This document shows positions 28,908 through 42,846 of a stretch of 64,000 nucleotides of DNA, piece by piece. This DNA comes from the human T2T-CHM13v2.0 reference genome, Homo sapiens. The DNA is taken from NCBI RefSeq assembly GCF_009914755.1, contig NC_060926.1, one strand, 5' to 3'. Under the pieces are notes generated by a model. That model was given only the letters and a program-made list of their open reading frames with translations, was not told where the DNA came from and did no database searches. The position numbers were made by a program, and so were the translations under genes. Numbering within the stretch: the stretch's first letter is position 1; each line of letters starts with the position of its first letter.

Positions 28908-29215
28908 GGCTGGGTGTGGTGGCTTATGCCTGTAATTCTAACTACTTGGGAGGCTGAGGCAGGAGTATCGCTTGAAGCCAGGAGTTTGAGACCAGCCTGG
29001 GTAACCATTTCTAAAAATAAAAAAAAATTAAAAAAAAATAGCCAGACGCAAACTACAGGCATGTACCTGTTGTCCTAGCTATTTAGGAGGTTGAGGTGGG
29101 AGGATCATTCGAGCCCAGGAGTTCTAAGCTGCAGTAAGCCATGATTGTACCACTGTTCTCCAGCCTGGGTGACCGAGGAAGACTCTATCTCTTCAAACAA
29201 AACAAAGAACCCCAA
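28908..29215 (+). mobile_element. AluJ inside the 3' LTR16-like LTR
   Basis: J-type 'ggaggatcattcgagcccaggag'; degenerate TSD aaattccttgt / aaactccttat. Confidence 0.88.
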
Positions 29216-30084
29216 CAAACTCCTTATAGAATCTGCTGAAGCTTTTCTTGAGAGTGCATCACAGCCCAACTTTTCCCTCTGCTCAATCCTGCTTGACTCC
29301 CTTCCCTTCAGCATGTTGCAGCCTTAAGAACCTTCCTTCTGGCTATAATCCCTGTCTCAGTCTGCTTCCTTGGGAACCCCATCTGTGGCAGATTACAAAT
29401 TGAGCCAAGGCAGTAGCAATGGAGCTAGTGTAGACTTTAGGATATTTTAAGGAATAATAGCATTCACTACCAATTGGATGTAAAAGGAAAGGAAGATGGA
29501 AGACTTAATTATAACTTCCACGTTTACTTGGACAACTGGGTAGTCAATGGTGCATTCATCAAGATAAGGAATATAAAAGTAGGAGCAGAGTTTGGGGGAG
29601 AAAATGACCAATTTCTTCTTGTACATTTTCATCATGTATATAAAGGAAAATGCAACAAAATAATATGTGGAAAGTTATTAGGCTAAACCATAAAGTGCCA
29701 CTTTTATAGGTCAGATTTGTTAAATATTGGCAATTTCAAATGGATGAAACTAATAATTATATATTAGCTTCTACATGGGAAAATTTACTATTTTTATTAA
29801 ACCTTACGTAGGTCATATAAGATTTCAGAAAGGCAATATGTGTCAGATTCAAAAGATAATCTTTTGGATAATATATCATTTACATTTAAGCTTCTGAAAC
29901 AAGAATATAAATCACATTGTTGCTTTAAGGCACATTAGGGGATCTTGATGAGATTGGGAACTTTGATTTACATCAGTTTTCTTGAAGAAGTTGAGACATA
30001 ATCACCGTAAGTAGAGCTAGGAAAGGTCACAGATAACTTAATTTCTATGCCAAAGTTTTCTATAGCATGCTATCTTCTATCTTA

Positions 30085-30108
30085 AAAAAAAAAAAAAAAA
30101 AAAAAAAA
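30085..30108. repeat. Isolated poly(A) tract
   Basis: Read directly from the sequence. Confidence 0.9.
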
Positions 30109-30583
30109 CTAGGACACACTTGGAATCCCGTGGCATTTGTTGTCTTTCAACAGGCTTATTGGCAGAACACAGAATGCCTTCATGTAGTTTTTAGGTGAGA
30201 TCAAAACTAAATCATACTGTGGCTTCACCTTAATGGGCTGAAAAGTACACTCTTAATATACAAGTTCTTCTGAGGTTGTAACATGTAGCATTGGTTGAAT
30301 ATGAGCATCCAAATATTACTGATATAACTGATTCAATATGGTATTTGGGGGACTAGAATTAGAAATAGGCTCTGTGGTGCTTTTTTCTGTTCCAAGCCTC
30401 AGAATATTGTTTCTATTCCTTTATTTAGAAAAGTAACCCACTAGATATATATTAATAGGATTTTAAAAATACAGCTAATCATGGCTAATACTATCTTAAA
30501 ACTTCAGGTCAGTAGACCTGGAGAGATTTAAAAAAATTAGTATAGGTACATGCAGAATGAAAAACAACCACCACCTTCTTTTA

Positions 30584-30746
30584 TTTATTTATTATTTTTT
30601 TTCTTAAATTTTTTTTTAAAAGTTTACGTTCAGAGGGTACATGTGCAAGTTTGTTACATGGGTATATTAAACGTGATGCTGAGATTTGAACTTCTATTGA
30701 TCTCATCACCCAAATAGTGAACATAGTACCCAATAGGTAGTTTTTC
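30584..30746 (-). mobile_element. Older L1 (L1PA13-16-like) 3' terminus plus tail, lying inside the TSDs of the adjacent L1PA
   Basis: 'ttcagagggtacatgtgcaagtttgttacatgggtatatt...gtgaacatagtacccaataggtagtttttc'. Confidence 0.8.
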
Positions 30747-31742
30747 TTTTTTCTTTTTATTTAATTTTTTTATTATCATACTTTAAGTTCTAGGGTACAT
30801 GTGCACAACGTGCAGGTTTGTTACATATGTATACATGTGCCATGTTGGTGTGCTTCACGCATTAACTCGTCATTTACATTAGGTATATCTCCTAATGCTA
30901 TCCCTTCCCCCTCCCCCCACCCCACAACAGGCTCTGGTATGTGATGTTCCCCTTCCTGTGTCCAAGTGTTCTCATTGTTCAGTTCCCACCTATGAGTGAG
31001 AACATGCGGTGTTTGGTTTTCTGTCCTTGCAATAGTTTGTTGAGAATGATGGTTTCCAGCTTCATCCATGTCCCTACAAAGGACATGAACTCATCCTTTT
31101 TAATGGCTGCATAGTATTCCATGGTGTATATGTGCCACATTTTCTTAATCCAGTCTATCATTGTTGGACATTTGGGTTGGTTCCAAGTCTTTGCTATTGT
31201 GAATAGTGCCGCAATAAACATATGTGTGCATGTGTCTTTATAGCAGCATGATTTATAGTCCTTTGGGTATATACCCAGTAATAGGATGACTGGGTCAAAT
31301 GGTATTTCTAGTTCTAGATCCTTGAGGAATTGCCACACTGTCTTCCACAATGGTTGAACTAGTTGACAGTCCCACCAACAGTGTAAAAGTGTTCCTATTT
31401 CTCCACATCCTCTCCAGCACCTGTTGTTTCCTGACTTTTTAATGATCGCCATTCTAACTGGTATGAGATGGTATCTCATTGTGGTTTTGATTTGCATTTC
31501 TCTGATGGGCAGTGATGATGAGCATTTTTTCATTTGTCTGTTGGCTGCATAGATGTCTTCTTTTGAGAAGTGTCTGTTCATATCCTTCACCCACTTTTTG
31601 ATGGGGGTTGTTTTTTTCTTGTAAATTTGTTGGAGTTCATTGTAGATTCTGGATATTAGCCCTTTGTCAGATGAGTAGATTGCAAAAATTTTTTCCCATT
31701 CTGTAGGTTGCCTGTTCACTCTGATGGTAGTTTCTTTTGCTG
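30747..31742 (-). mobile_element. Younger L1PA (about L1PA5-7), 5'-truncated (~1 kb)
   Basis: Open 256-aa ORF2 C-terminus (30979-31749); L1PA 3' UTR; TSD ccaccaccttctttta at 30568-30583 and 31743-31758. Confidence 0.95.
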
Positions 31743-31861
31743 CCACCACCTTCTTTTAAAAGATAAGGCATGGGTTCAAGGACAGAGGCAGTGACATCAT
31801 TCCTCTGGGTAGGTTAGATAATAAAAGTGAGAGAGGTGGAGAAAAGTATTAATACATATAC

Positions 31862-32576
<715 letters not shown>

Positions 32577-32744
32577 TACAGACTAGAAAGTGGATTGCCA
32601 CTTTCTAATCTGTAGTTAGTTGAGATCAAAGAACAGCAGTGTTGGGGGAGAGGCAGATGTGAGAAATCTTGAACAGGGTGATGACAAATATAGAGTAATG
32701 AAAGAGCCATGCAGCTAGAATATAGATAAGGCTTTGAGTTAGTT

Positions 32745-33063
32745 TCAGTTTTTTTGTTTTTTTGTTTTTCTTTTTTGAGACAAGGTCTCACTCTGTTGCC
32801 CAGGCCAAAGGGCTGTGACTTGATCTCAGTTCAACTGCAGCCTCGACCTCCCAGACTCAAGTGATATTTGAGCCTCAGCCCCCGAGTAGCTGGGATGGAG
32901 TACAGGCACAGGCCACCTTGCCAAGGTAATTTTTGTATTTTTTGTAGAGGTGGGGTTTCATCATGTTGGCCAGGTTGGTCTCAAGCTCTTGAGCTCAAGC
33001 GATCAGCCCACCTGAACCTCCCAAAGTGCTGGGATTACAGACGTGAGCCACTGCACAGGGCCT
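32745..33063 (-). mobile_element. AluJ
   Basis: TSD tagataaggcttt at 32723-32735 and 33064-33076. Confidence 0.9.
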
Positions 33064-33719
33064 TAGATAAGGCTTTTAAGTTTCAGATACACAACCAGCC
33101 TTTTCTGCAGATGCGAGAGGAACTATTTTTCTTGTCTAGGTGCATAACTTCCTAGATGTTGTTGTCATCAGAAAAGAGAGGAGAAGCTAGGATAGGGAAA
33201 GTAAAGGTTTAAAAGGAAAGTGGTGTCCTAAAAGACTTACGGAATCCATTTCTCCTTTTTTAACAACATTTAGAAATTTATAGTACAAGATCACTTTTTC
33301 TTTGTTTTGCCATCTCAAATCTGCTATCAAGTTTATCTAGTGATTTTTTTACTTTAGTTTTTGTATTTTTATCTCTCGAATTTCTGTTTTGGTAATTTCT
33401 ATTTCTGTGTTAATGCTACCTGTATTTTAACTCATTAACAGCATATCTGTTAATTACTTAACCATATTTTTATTTAATTCTTTAGATATATTGATAATAG
33501 CTACTTTGAAGATTTTGCGAAATACAACATGTAGGCCAACTCAGAATCTGTTTCTACTGATTGCTTTTGTTTTTTCTGAGAATGGATAAACTCTTCTATT
33601 TCTTTGCCAGTCTAGCAAATTTTGATTGAAAACTGGACATTCCAGCAACTCTGAAATGTATCATTTTCTGAGGATTGTGTTTGTTCTAGTAAATAATTAA
33701 CTTTTTGTTCTACATGTTA

Positions 33720-34032
33720 TTTTTTGTTTGTTTGTTTTTTGTTTGTTTGTTTGTTTGAGAGAGGATCTTGCTCTGTCACCCAGGTTTGAGTACAGTGATG
33801 CAATCATGGCTCACAGCAGCCTTGCGCTCCCAGGCTCAAGTGACCCTCCCACGTTAGCCTCCTGAGTAGCTGGGACTACAGGCATGCATCACCACACCTG
33901 ACTATTTTTTGTAGAGATGGGATTTTGCCATGGCTGGTTGCCCTGGCTGATCTTGAACTCCTGAGCTCAAACGATCCTCCCTTCTTGGCCTCCTAAAGTG
34001 CTAGGATTACATGTGTGAGCCACTGCACCCAG
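33720..34032 (-). mobile_element. AluJ within an old L1M remnant
   Basis: (GTTT)n tail; TSD tctacatgtt on both sides. Confidence 0.9.
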
Positions 34033-34089
34033 TCTACATGTTGATTTTTAAAGAATGTATTCTAAATGCTATTTTTTTTCTATCTGTCT

Positions 34090-34684
34090 TTTTTTAAATT
34101 TCAATATTTTTTGCAGAAAAGGTAGTTTTGGTTACATGGATAAGTTCTTCAGTGGTAATCTCTGAGATTTTGGTGCACCCATCACCTGAGCGGTATACAC
34201 TCATGTAGTCTTTTATCCCTCACCCCCTTCCCTCCGAGTTCGCAAAGTCCATTACATCATTCTTATGCCTTTGTGTCCTCATAGCTTAGTTCCCACTTTT
34301 AAGTGAGAACATGCGATATTTGGCTTTCCGTTCTTGAGTTACTTCACTTAGAATAATGGCCTCCGCTTCCATCTAGGTTGCTGCAGATGCCATCATTTCA
34401 TTCCTTTTTATGGCTAAGTAGTATTCCATGGTGTATATACACCACATTTTATTTATCGACTTGTTCATGGTCGATGGGCATTTAGGCTGGTTCCGTATTT
34501 TTGCGGTTATGAATTATGCTGCTGTAAATATGCATGTGCAAGTGTCTTTTCATATAGTGACTTCTTTTCCTCTGGGTAGATACCCAGTAGTGGCATTGCT
34601 GGATCAAATGGTGGTTCTCTTTTAGTTCTTTAAGGAATCTTCATACTGTTTTCCTTAGCGGTTATGCTAGTTTACATTCCCACC
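34090..34684 (-). mobile_element. L1PB-type 3' fragment
   Basis: 'ttttggttacatggataagttcttcagtggtaatctctgagattttggtgcaccc'. Confidence 0.85.
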
Positions 34685-34744
34685 TGTTGCCTGTCTGCCA
34701 TCATGCCCCCTCCCCTTGCCAACCCCATCTGTCTATCTATCTGA

Positions 34745-35330
34745 GAGATTTATTTATTTCAAAAAAATTGGCTCATGCGACAGTGGAGGCTAAGAAGTCC
34801 AAAATCTGCAGAACAGGCTGGTCAATTGGAGACACAGGAAAGAGTTGTTTCACCTGAGTCCAAAGGCAATCTGCTGGCAGAATTCCTCCTTCTTTGGGGG
34901 ATGTTAGTCCTTTTGCTCTTAAGGTCTTCAACTGATTGAATGAGGCCCATGCACATTGTGGAGAGTTATCAGCTTTAGTGAATGTCTGGTGATTTAAATG
35001 TTAATCTCACCTAAAAATACCTTCATAGCAATATCTAGTCCTAGCCATGTTGACACATAAAACTAACCAACACAAGCCCACTCCGTGTCAGTTTGACACT
35101 GATACACATCTCCTTAAACTATACTTACTCTCCAAATAAAAATATATTTTATTTGTTATATTTAGTTACAAGATATCAAGGAGAAGAACACTCTTCTCCT
35201 TGATATCTTATAACGTTGTATTACTTGATGTAAAGTTAACAATACTTAAATACTATAATATAAAAGTCAGTAAATTTTATGTTATATGATAAGGAGAAAA
35301 GAAAGGGAAAAAACAAAGATATCTGATACA
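34745..35330 (-). mobile_element. MLT2 LTR (to about 35074) plus adjoining ERVL internal 3' end
   Basis: 'ttgacacataaaactaaccaacaca' followed by a polypurine-tract-like 'agcccactccgtgtc'. Confidence 0.75.
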
Positions 35331-35854
35331 TGCCAGACACACACACACACACGAATCAATCATAATTTACTCAGTGAGTTCCTTGGTGATAAATATTGTT
35401 TGTTTCCAAATTTTGCTTTAAAAAATGCCATAATAATAACCTATCAATAAGTCAGAGTACTGGCAGGAAAGAGATGGCACACTCAAACTGGGTTATTGAG
35501 GAGAGGCTAATAAAAGTATTATTCAAAGAGACATAAAGAACGGTCAAGGGAAACAGAAAAAGTGCTAAGACAAATGCTAGTAACATTTGAGAGTCATTTC
35601 CCCTCCATTTGGCCTGAAGTTATAAGAGTAGTTACTGAAATCTGGAAAACTACTATCATTGAAGTGGTAGCTGTAGCTGTTGGACAGCACTGCCTGATAG
35701 AAGCTGGACCCTAGGTAGAGGAATATTGACTTGGCCCAGAAGGAGGTGAGAAATAAATACCCCAAACTTAACTTTCCTCCTGGCTTCCAGTCTCTGGCTG
35801 ATGCCTCCTATGGGCCAAACCTATGTCGAAGCCAGAGGAATCTAGTTAATGTAG

Positions 35855-36043
35855 TCCAATGGTTAATGAACTATGGCCTGCTTTTGTAAACAGAGATTTA
35901 TCGCAACTCAGCCATGTTCCTTTGTGTATGTATTATCTGTGCATGCTTTCACCTTTCACACTATAACAGCAGTTTAGTAGTTAGAGATTATATGGCCCTC
36001 AGTTATCCTTCTGGCCCTTTACGGAAAATGTTTGCTGACCATT
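35855..36043. mobile_element. MER58A-like hAT element
   Basis: 'aactatggcctgcttttgtaaacagag...ctggcccttttacggaaaatgtttgctgacc'. Confidence 0.7.
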
Positions 36044-36139
36044 GACGTAGGTCAAAAAGTTCAGTCTCTCAGGCTCAGAGCAGAGTGGGGAAGGGTGGAG
36101 AAGAGATCTGGAGTGGCAAACAAAAGCTATTCAGCATAA

Positions 36140-37150
36140 AAAGTAATTTCACGTTATGACAGTATGTATTAGAAGTAGATTGCTAGAAGTGTGATTGCTG
36201 GATCAATGGTAAATGGCTGTGTAAATTTCCTAGATATCACCAAGCTCACCTTCATAGGTATTATACCATTTGACGTTGTCACTGGCAACATAGGAGTGGT
36301 CCTGTTTCCCCACAGCCTGTCCAACAGAATATATCCAATATGTATAGGCTCTTTGCCTATCTGGTAGGTAAGAAGTGGTATCACAATATATGGCTGAATT
36401 TGCATCTCTTATTATGAATAAAATTGAACAAGTTTTTGAATATGCAGGGGACCTTTTCATTTCTTCTCTAAACTACTATTTGTTTATGGAAGATATATAT
36501 TTTTTTCATTGGAGTACAACATATTGTAAAGTGCACTACATATGTAAATATATAGCTCAATGAATCTTTTTTACAAAGTAAATATTCTCTTGTAACAACC
36601 AACTAGGTCATATTATAAACATTATATCTCTGAAGACTTCCTCATGCTCCCTCCATTTGCCCTCCTAAAATTAATCACTATTCTGTTCACCATTAATTAG
36701 TTTGAGTTGTAACTTTCTACAAACAAAATTGCACAGCATATATTCTTTGTCTGGTTTATTTCACTCATCATATGTCTGTGAGCTTTATCCATATTGTTGG
36801 TGAAGTTTCCTCTTTTTTATTCCAATATGATAACTAATTTTAGAAATACACAATTTATTTATTGATTATATTGTTAGTAGCCATTTAAATATTTCCTTTT
36901 TGCATTTAAGACTAGTACTGCTATAGACATTCGTGTACATGTACTTTGGTGCATATATGTATACATTTCTATAGGAAATATACCTAGCATTGAACTTGTA
37001 GATCATGAAGTATGACTTTGGCTTTAGTCAGTACTGCCAAAGCTTTTCCAAATTGGTTATATCAATTTTCACTCTCTTCAATAGTATATTAGAGTTCCAG
37101 TTGCTACATGTTCTTGCTAGTACTTGGTGTGGTCAGAATTTGACATTTAG
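36140..37150 (-). mobile_element. Old L1M (L1MC/ME-like) fragments
   Basis: Minus-strand ORF2 C-terminal relic (ORF 36169-36405 'DPAITLLAIY') and 3' UTR-like sequence. Confidence 0.65.
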
Positions 37151-37439
37151 GCCTATAAATTTTCATATCCACGTATGAAAAAATTAACTGAAGTCTCTAG
37201 CACAGTCCACTCACAAAAATTTATTACAGATGAATTGTAGATATAAGTGTGCTTCCAAAAACCCTTCATGAGAAAAGATTTATGGTCCACACCAGAGTAA
37301 GTTATGCCTTTCTTTATAATTCACTTCAGTACATTATCTATCTATCTATCCCTCTATCTACATTTATACCTATATAATCACTATTTCTATCTGTATCTAG
37401 ACATGAGTTGTGTCATTTTTATTTGTTCCAAATTCCTTG

Positions 37440-37740
37440 TGGTTGTAAGATTAAAGCTTTCAGTTCTTAGTGGTCACCTCACTTTCCTGCCATGTGGCCC
37501 TCTCCATGGCTGTTCACATCATAGCAGGTTACTTCTTCAAGGCCAGCCAGAGAGTCTCTGTTTTTCGGTTGGCTAAGACAGTCATGTAAGGTCACATAAT
37601 CATGGCAGTAACATCCATTACCTTTGCCATAAAACATAACTGAATTGAGGGAGTGACATCCCATCATCTTTACCATATTCTGGGGGTCAGAAGCAAGTCA
37701 CAGTTTCCACCTGCAGTCAACTGGAGGGCCTTATATAAGC
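37440..37740 (-). mobile_element. MLT1-type LTR fragment
   Basis: 'ttcctgccatgtggccctctccat...ttcttcaaggccagc...tagaagcaagtcacag'-like motifs. Confidence 0.6.
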
Positions 37741-37749
37741 TTATAACTC

Positions 37750-39300
37750 ATTGGTGTATATTCACCAAAGTTCAGTTATCACAGTGGGTACACAACATCC
37801 CTGAAGGCAAGGGAGATGAGCAGCCAATCAGGGTGTTGTTCAAACTATAAGTTAATATAAGTCAAAAATAGATGATCAGAAGACTGAAATAAACTACATA
37901 AAATATTACAAAGTCACATTCCATTTCCATACTTGTGTCAGTTTCATATCCTAAACTTATCAATTGAAAGAGGGACCCTGTAACACAGAGACAAGTCATT
38001 CTCCAACAGGAATGATACCCATTTACATGTATAACTAAACTCTGGGGAAAAGGGGGGGAAAACATTTCGAGAGCTGTTTGATGTCATGCCTGAGTTGACA
38101 TTGAAAACTGGAGACATAAAGCATCATAATCCCCATGTTAAAGTGAGGGTATACAGAAGACAGATGATAAATGGAATGCTGGCATTGGTCCGGCTCATAG
38201 TAGTGGGTTCACTGGGTTCAAAGGCTCACAAAGTTATTGTTTCCTTGGTCCCAAGATATATAATTGGAATAGAAATGCTTGGTAGTTAATGATTTATTAA
38301 ATTGCAGAATAAAAGTTACTCTAGTGGGAAGAGCAAGTGGAAATTTCTAATATGCCCCTTCCTCACATGCAATATTGCATCCCAGGGGAAACAGCAGAGG
38401 ACCTAAAAGATGCAGGGGTCATGGCCCCATTATATCTCCATTTAATTCACTATTTTAGCTCTTAGAAAGCCCAGATGGATCTGGAAGATGAAAGTAGATT
38501 GCTGCAAACTCAACCAAATGTTGCATTAATTGCAGTTGCTCTTCCAGAAGAAGCATCTTTGTTAGAGCAGATTACCACAACTTCAGGTACATGGTATGAA
38601 GTCATTAATGTAGCAGTTTTATCCTTTCTAAAAATCTCTATTGGAAAGGAGGATCAGGAACAGTTTGTATTCATATGTAATAAGCATAATTTTGCCTAAG
38701 TTAACTGTTACCTAGGTTAACTAGGTTAACTGTTTTACCCTCTATCATGATATTTTCTGGAGGGATCTAGACAGATCAGCTATGTACACAACATCCCATT
38801 GGTCCATTATATTGATGGCATCATATTGGTTGGATCAGATCATCAAAAAGTGGCAAGGTAAGTACATTGGAAGACTAGGTAAGAGGGTAGGAGATAAGCA
38901 TTCTGAGGGTTCAAGGACCTGATTCAATCAGTTAAATGTTAGGGATTCATTGGTCTGGGGCATCCTAGAACATCCCCTTCAAAGTAAAGGATAAATTATC
39001 ACATCCTCTCACATCTTTCATCAAGCAAGAAAACATGATACCTGGTTTCTTCTTTGGGATCTGAGGCAGTTTATTGCATACTTGGGGATACTGCTCTGCC
39101 AGCTGTGAGTGGAACCAGAGCAGATAAAGTCTGTGCAGTAGGTCCAGATGCAGCAAGCCCTGTGGTACAGAGGCACTTGTGTTAGGGTAGCCGTGAAGTT
39201 TGTGGTAATAGGAAAATCATAATCCCAGAACTCCTAGAGTTATAGAATAAGGCCAGGTCAAATACAGTGGAGAAGTGTACTCTTTTTAAAATATTTATCT
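37750..39300 (+). mobile_element. ERVL internal relic: protease and RT N-terminus
   Basis: ORF 38086-38289 'ELTLKTGD...VKVRVYRRQMINGMLALVRLIV...YIIGIEMLGS' matches the ERVL protease; ORF 38475-38699 'SLLEQITTTSGTWYEVI' matches ERVL RT. Confidence 0.8.
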
Positions 39301-40021
39301 TCTGGTGTGCGAGTGGTAGATATGGAGTGCCTAGCTGTGGGATACCTAAAAATAGGTGTATTAATGATTTGACTATACTACCTTTTAAAAAAGAGAAGAT
39401 AAAAGGATCAGAGTTTTATTCAGTCACACAAAAGACTCTAGAGATTATGGGCATACGTCACAGATTTTTTATTGAACAATAGGGCCTCCAGGAAGCTTCA
39501 GAACTTTGTTCTTCAGGAATCTCAATAGAAGCCCAAAGCCTCCCCAATCCCACCCCAGAAGATGTATGGATGTGATTTGTCTAATAGGCAAAATGCCAGT
39601 GACATTCACAGAAGACCCACAACATTTTTGAGAAAAATATATAAGCAAAAACATTGCCAGCATGGGCTGAAGTGAACAGAAGCAGTACAAAATGCATCGC
39701 ATCTCCCAATTTTCTGCTGTCTTGAACAGAAATGTCTGCATCTGTTATTTTATGTCTGCCTCATCATTGTTTGTTGGGTATCAGATAACTTGTCTTTCTG
39801 GGTTCACAAGTTCACAGATATAGAGGCGCTGTACTCCTAGAGCTGTACTTAAAGAACTACACTCAAGGAAATTCCTTCATATACTTGGACATAATTTAGA
39901 TGAGGAGATACTGGACTTTCATCTGATGCCATAATGGTGTGAGTTTTACAGAGACATGAGAGATGGTACACATATTTTTCATGTGGAAGAAATGAGAATC
40001 ACTGGGGGCCAGAGGGAAGAC

Positions 40022-41160
40022 AATAGTAGGTTGCTTACAAATTGAATCCCTGTCTTCCCTACCTTCTTGTATTCAGTCCCATGTGTAACTCCTTCCCCTA
40101 GAGTATGGGCTGGACTTCATTACTCTCTTCCAAAGAACAGAACATGGCAAAAGTGATGGATGCCAATTCTGAAATAAGGTTACAAAAACTATGACTTCCA
40201 TCTTGCTTATGTTGATGGCTGATGTGATACCTCGGTTCTTGTCTTCCTAAAATAATTTAAACAAGAGACACCCAGCAAAGGGGGTGTAGTATAGAGTAAT
40301 TTATTTCAAAAAGAAAAAGAGTATTTCGAAGGTTAGGTGCAGAATAGGCAGTATACCCTGAGAGAGAGAGAGAGGATTCAGAGCAGGACAAGACAGCAAA
40401 GACTGGCACTAGGGAGGCTCCCTTTATGGAGACCTACATGATTATTCATAAAGAGGTGGAAAGAGGTGTTACTAGTAAGCATGTTCTGGGTTGTCCTCTT
40501 GGTGCACATGCACAATAGCTGTACATGCTTGTTCATACATCGCATGTCTCATTAGCATCTTAAATCTCCACCCGGAGGTGTGCTTTTTACTGTTAAAATG
40601 AGCAAATGGTCAGTTTGAGGATAGGTAAAATAAAAATGTGCATGCTCTTTAGACCGGAAAGTCCCTACTGAAGATAGCTTTGCTTGAATGAGCTCAACTA
40701 CATTGCGAATGTCATTTATTGTGTGGATTGTGCAGTCACCATGGTTGCTGTGCCTCGAGAACATGGTCACTTCCTTGACTACCTATCCTGCCTCATTTAC
40801 ACTCTCTTTCCCTGGTCCTCCTTGTTTGCTTGCTTGCTTTTAAGATGCCTTACAAAGAGGCCCATGTGAAAAAGGAACTAAGTGTAGCCTTCAGCCAACA
40901 GCCAACAAGGACTGAGGCCAATAAAGAATGGAACCGTGCCAACAATCATGTAGTGAACTTAGAAGCAAATTCTTCCACAGCTGATCATTGGAATTACTGC
41001 AACTCAGATGATACCTTGATGGTAGCTTGTAAGAAACCTGAAGCAGACAACACAGATAAGCAGGGCCCAGATTCCTGACTCAAAGTAACCGCAATAATAA
41101 ATGTTGTTTAAGCCACTTAATTTGGAATAATTGGTTGTGAAATCATAGGTTACTAACACA
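40022..41160 (+). mobile_element. MLT1F/G-like LTR interrupted by an ERV1 LTR
   Basis: 'agtatgggctggactt...acagaacatggcaaaagtgatgg' and 'gcccagattcctgac...aataataaatgttgtttaagccact'. Confidence 0.7.
40210..40795 (-). mobile_element. ERV1 MER4-group solo LTR (MER83/84-like)
   Basis: Reverse complement begins TGAGGCAGGATAGGTAGTCAAGG; TG...CA ends. Confidence 0.65.
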
Positions 41161-41574
41161 TAGCACAGCATTGTACAGCTGAAGAGTTATCAGTTCAAGA
41201 CCCTTCCTCATTTGACAGCAGAGGAAAATGAATCCCAGTGATAATTAAGAACATAAAGTATGCCAGTATTATGTTAGTATGATGAATGGCCTTTTTTAAA
41301 AGATAAAAAAAATTCAATCATATGGAGTTTTTTAAAATAAATTACTGAAACAATCATAAAGCTGGAGGGAATTTAGAGATCAGTTAGTAGTATCCACTTA
41401 TTTTATAGAGGAAGAAACTAAAATATACTTTTAAAAATTCCCTTTTGTGATTGGCTTCTAAACTGGTTTATGAGCTACATGAGAAAACCAGGCTCATAAC
41501 TTTGTAGCTCACCTTATTTTTGAAACCCAAACATTATAATCCAATTTAACCAACGACTTTATTCACTAGTCTTG

Positions 41575-41766
41575 ACTTTTGGCAAGCTCTAAAAAATCAA
41601 ATCCCCTGTCAAGGGATGAAGATTTGCCACTATTGAGGATAGTCAAAGAAATTAGCTTCAGGCTCTGAAAGCAATTTCAAGAGGAGTTCTAAAACTGTTT
41701 TAAGAAATGGCAGTACTGCTGGAATAAATGTATAGTCTGTCAGGTCAGCTACTTTGAAAGGGATAT
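41575..41766 (+). mobile_element. MARNA-type mariner transposase C-terminal relic
   Basis: Degenerate translation KG*RFATIED...ALKAIS...WNKCIVCQVSYFERD resembles a mariner C-terminus. Confidence 0.65.
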
Positions 41767-42598
41767 AGTAATTTGGATCTGTCATTTCTGCATTGTTTCT
41801 TGAAGAGTAGAAACACATTATATAACAAGTGTTCAGAAAATGATGGCCATCCATTCCACAACAACTGCAACAACAAAAATTTAAATAAAAGGTTTCAAAC
41901 AGTGTTTCAGTCTTTGCTCAGCCATGTGTACCTGTGATCTTGAATGTGACCTCTTTGCATTTTGTAGTTATTGACAATTTGGGTCTGTGACACTCTTACC
42001 AGGAATTGTCATTAACTATTGAATTATTTAATATTTTCCTTCAGTATCATATCTGATAGCAGAACTAGATTTACAATTATATGAACTATCTTCCCTCAGT
42101 CCCTTTCATCATTCCATATATTTCATACTTTCTGTGTGCATATGCATCTTGATTGATATTTAAAATGTTACTATTAGAGTTTTATGACATAGCTTCTGAA
42201 TTGCAAATAAGTTTTAAATGGCTTACTTTGTTCAGTTGTTTGTGGCAATCTGGAACACCAATACTGAGGAAGATTCTGTGGCTAGATCTGGTATCAGTGG
42301 GAAATAAGTCCATGTTTTGTTATGTCTGCCATCATCATCAAAGACGAAGGGTAACCACATATATATTTGATGATCCTTCTTAGGATAACTGTCTTGGCCC
42401 TTATTGCAATAAAAATATCTCTAGAGTAGATTATGTTTACTAGATTGTCATCCAATTATACCTTAGAGATAATAAAAGTCCTCCATGATGTAGAAGGAGA
42501 GAGCATATTCAGCCGGTCTGTATTGGAAATGGGGGATTTCATCACGAGGGAAAATGAAACAGAATTGTCGCAAATATGGTCTAAAGATCCATACTTCA

Positions 42599-42846
42599 GG
42601 CAGATCACGAGGTCAGGAGATCAAGACCATCCTGGCTAACATGGTGAAACCCCGTCTCTACTAAAAATACAAAAAAAAAAAAATTAGCTGGGCGTGGTGG
42701 CGTGCGCCTGTAGTCCCAGCTGCTGGGGAGGCTGAGGCAGGAGAATGGTGTGAACCCAGGAGGCGAGTTCGCGCTTGCAGTGAGCCAAGATCGCGCCACT
42801 GCACTACAGCCTGAATGACAGAGCAAGACTCCATCTCAGAAAAAAA
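42599..42846 (+). mobile_element. 5'-truncated AluY
   Basis: 'cagatcacgaggtcaggagatcaagaccatcctggctaac...ggagaatggtgtgaacc'. Confidence 0.92.

Noticed and set aside
30979-31749. The longest ORF (256 aa) as a host gene
   Set aside because: It is the C-terminus of L1 ORF2p in a 5'-truncated insertion, and its listed start codon lies in the TSD.
38690-38740. Short palindromic stutter (cctaagttaactgttacctaggttaactaggttaactg) and similar micro-duplications at about 14189-14220 and 59858-59895
   Set aside because: Ordinary slippage or repair stutters, too short to support a function.
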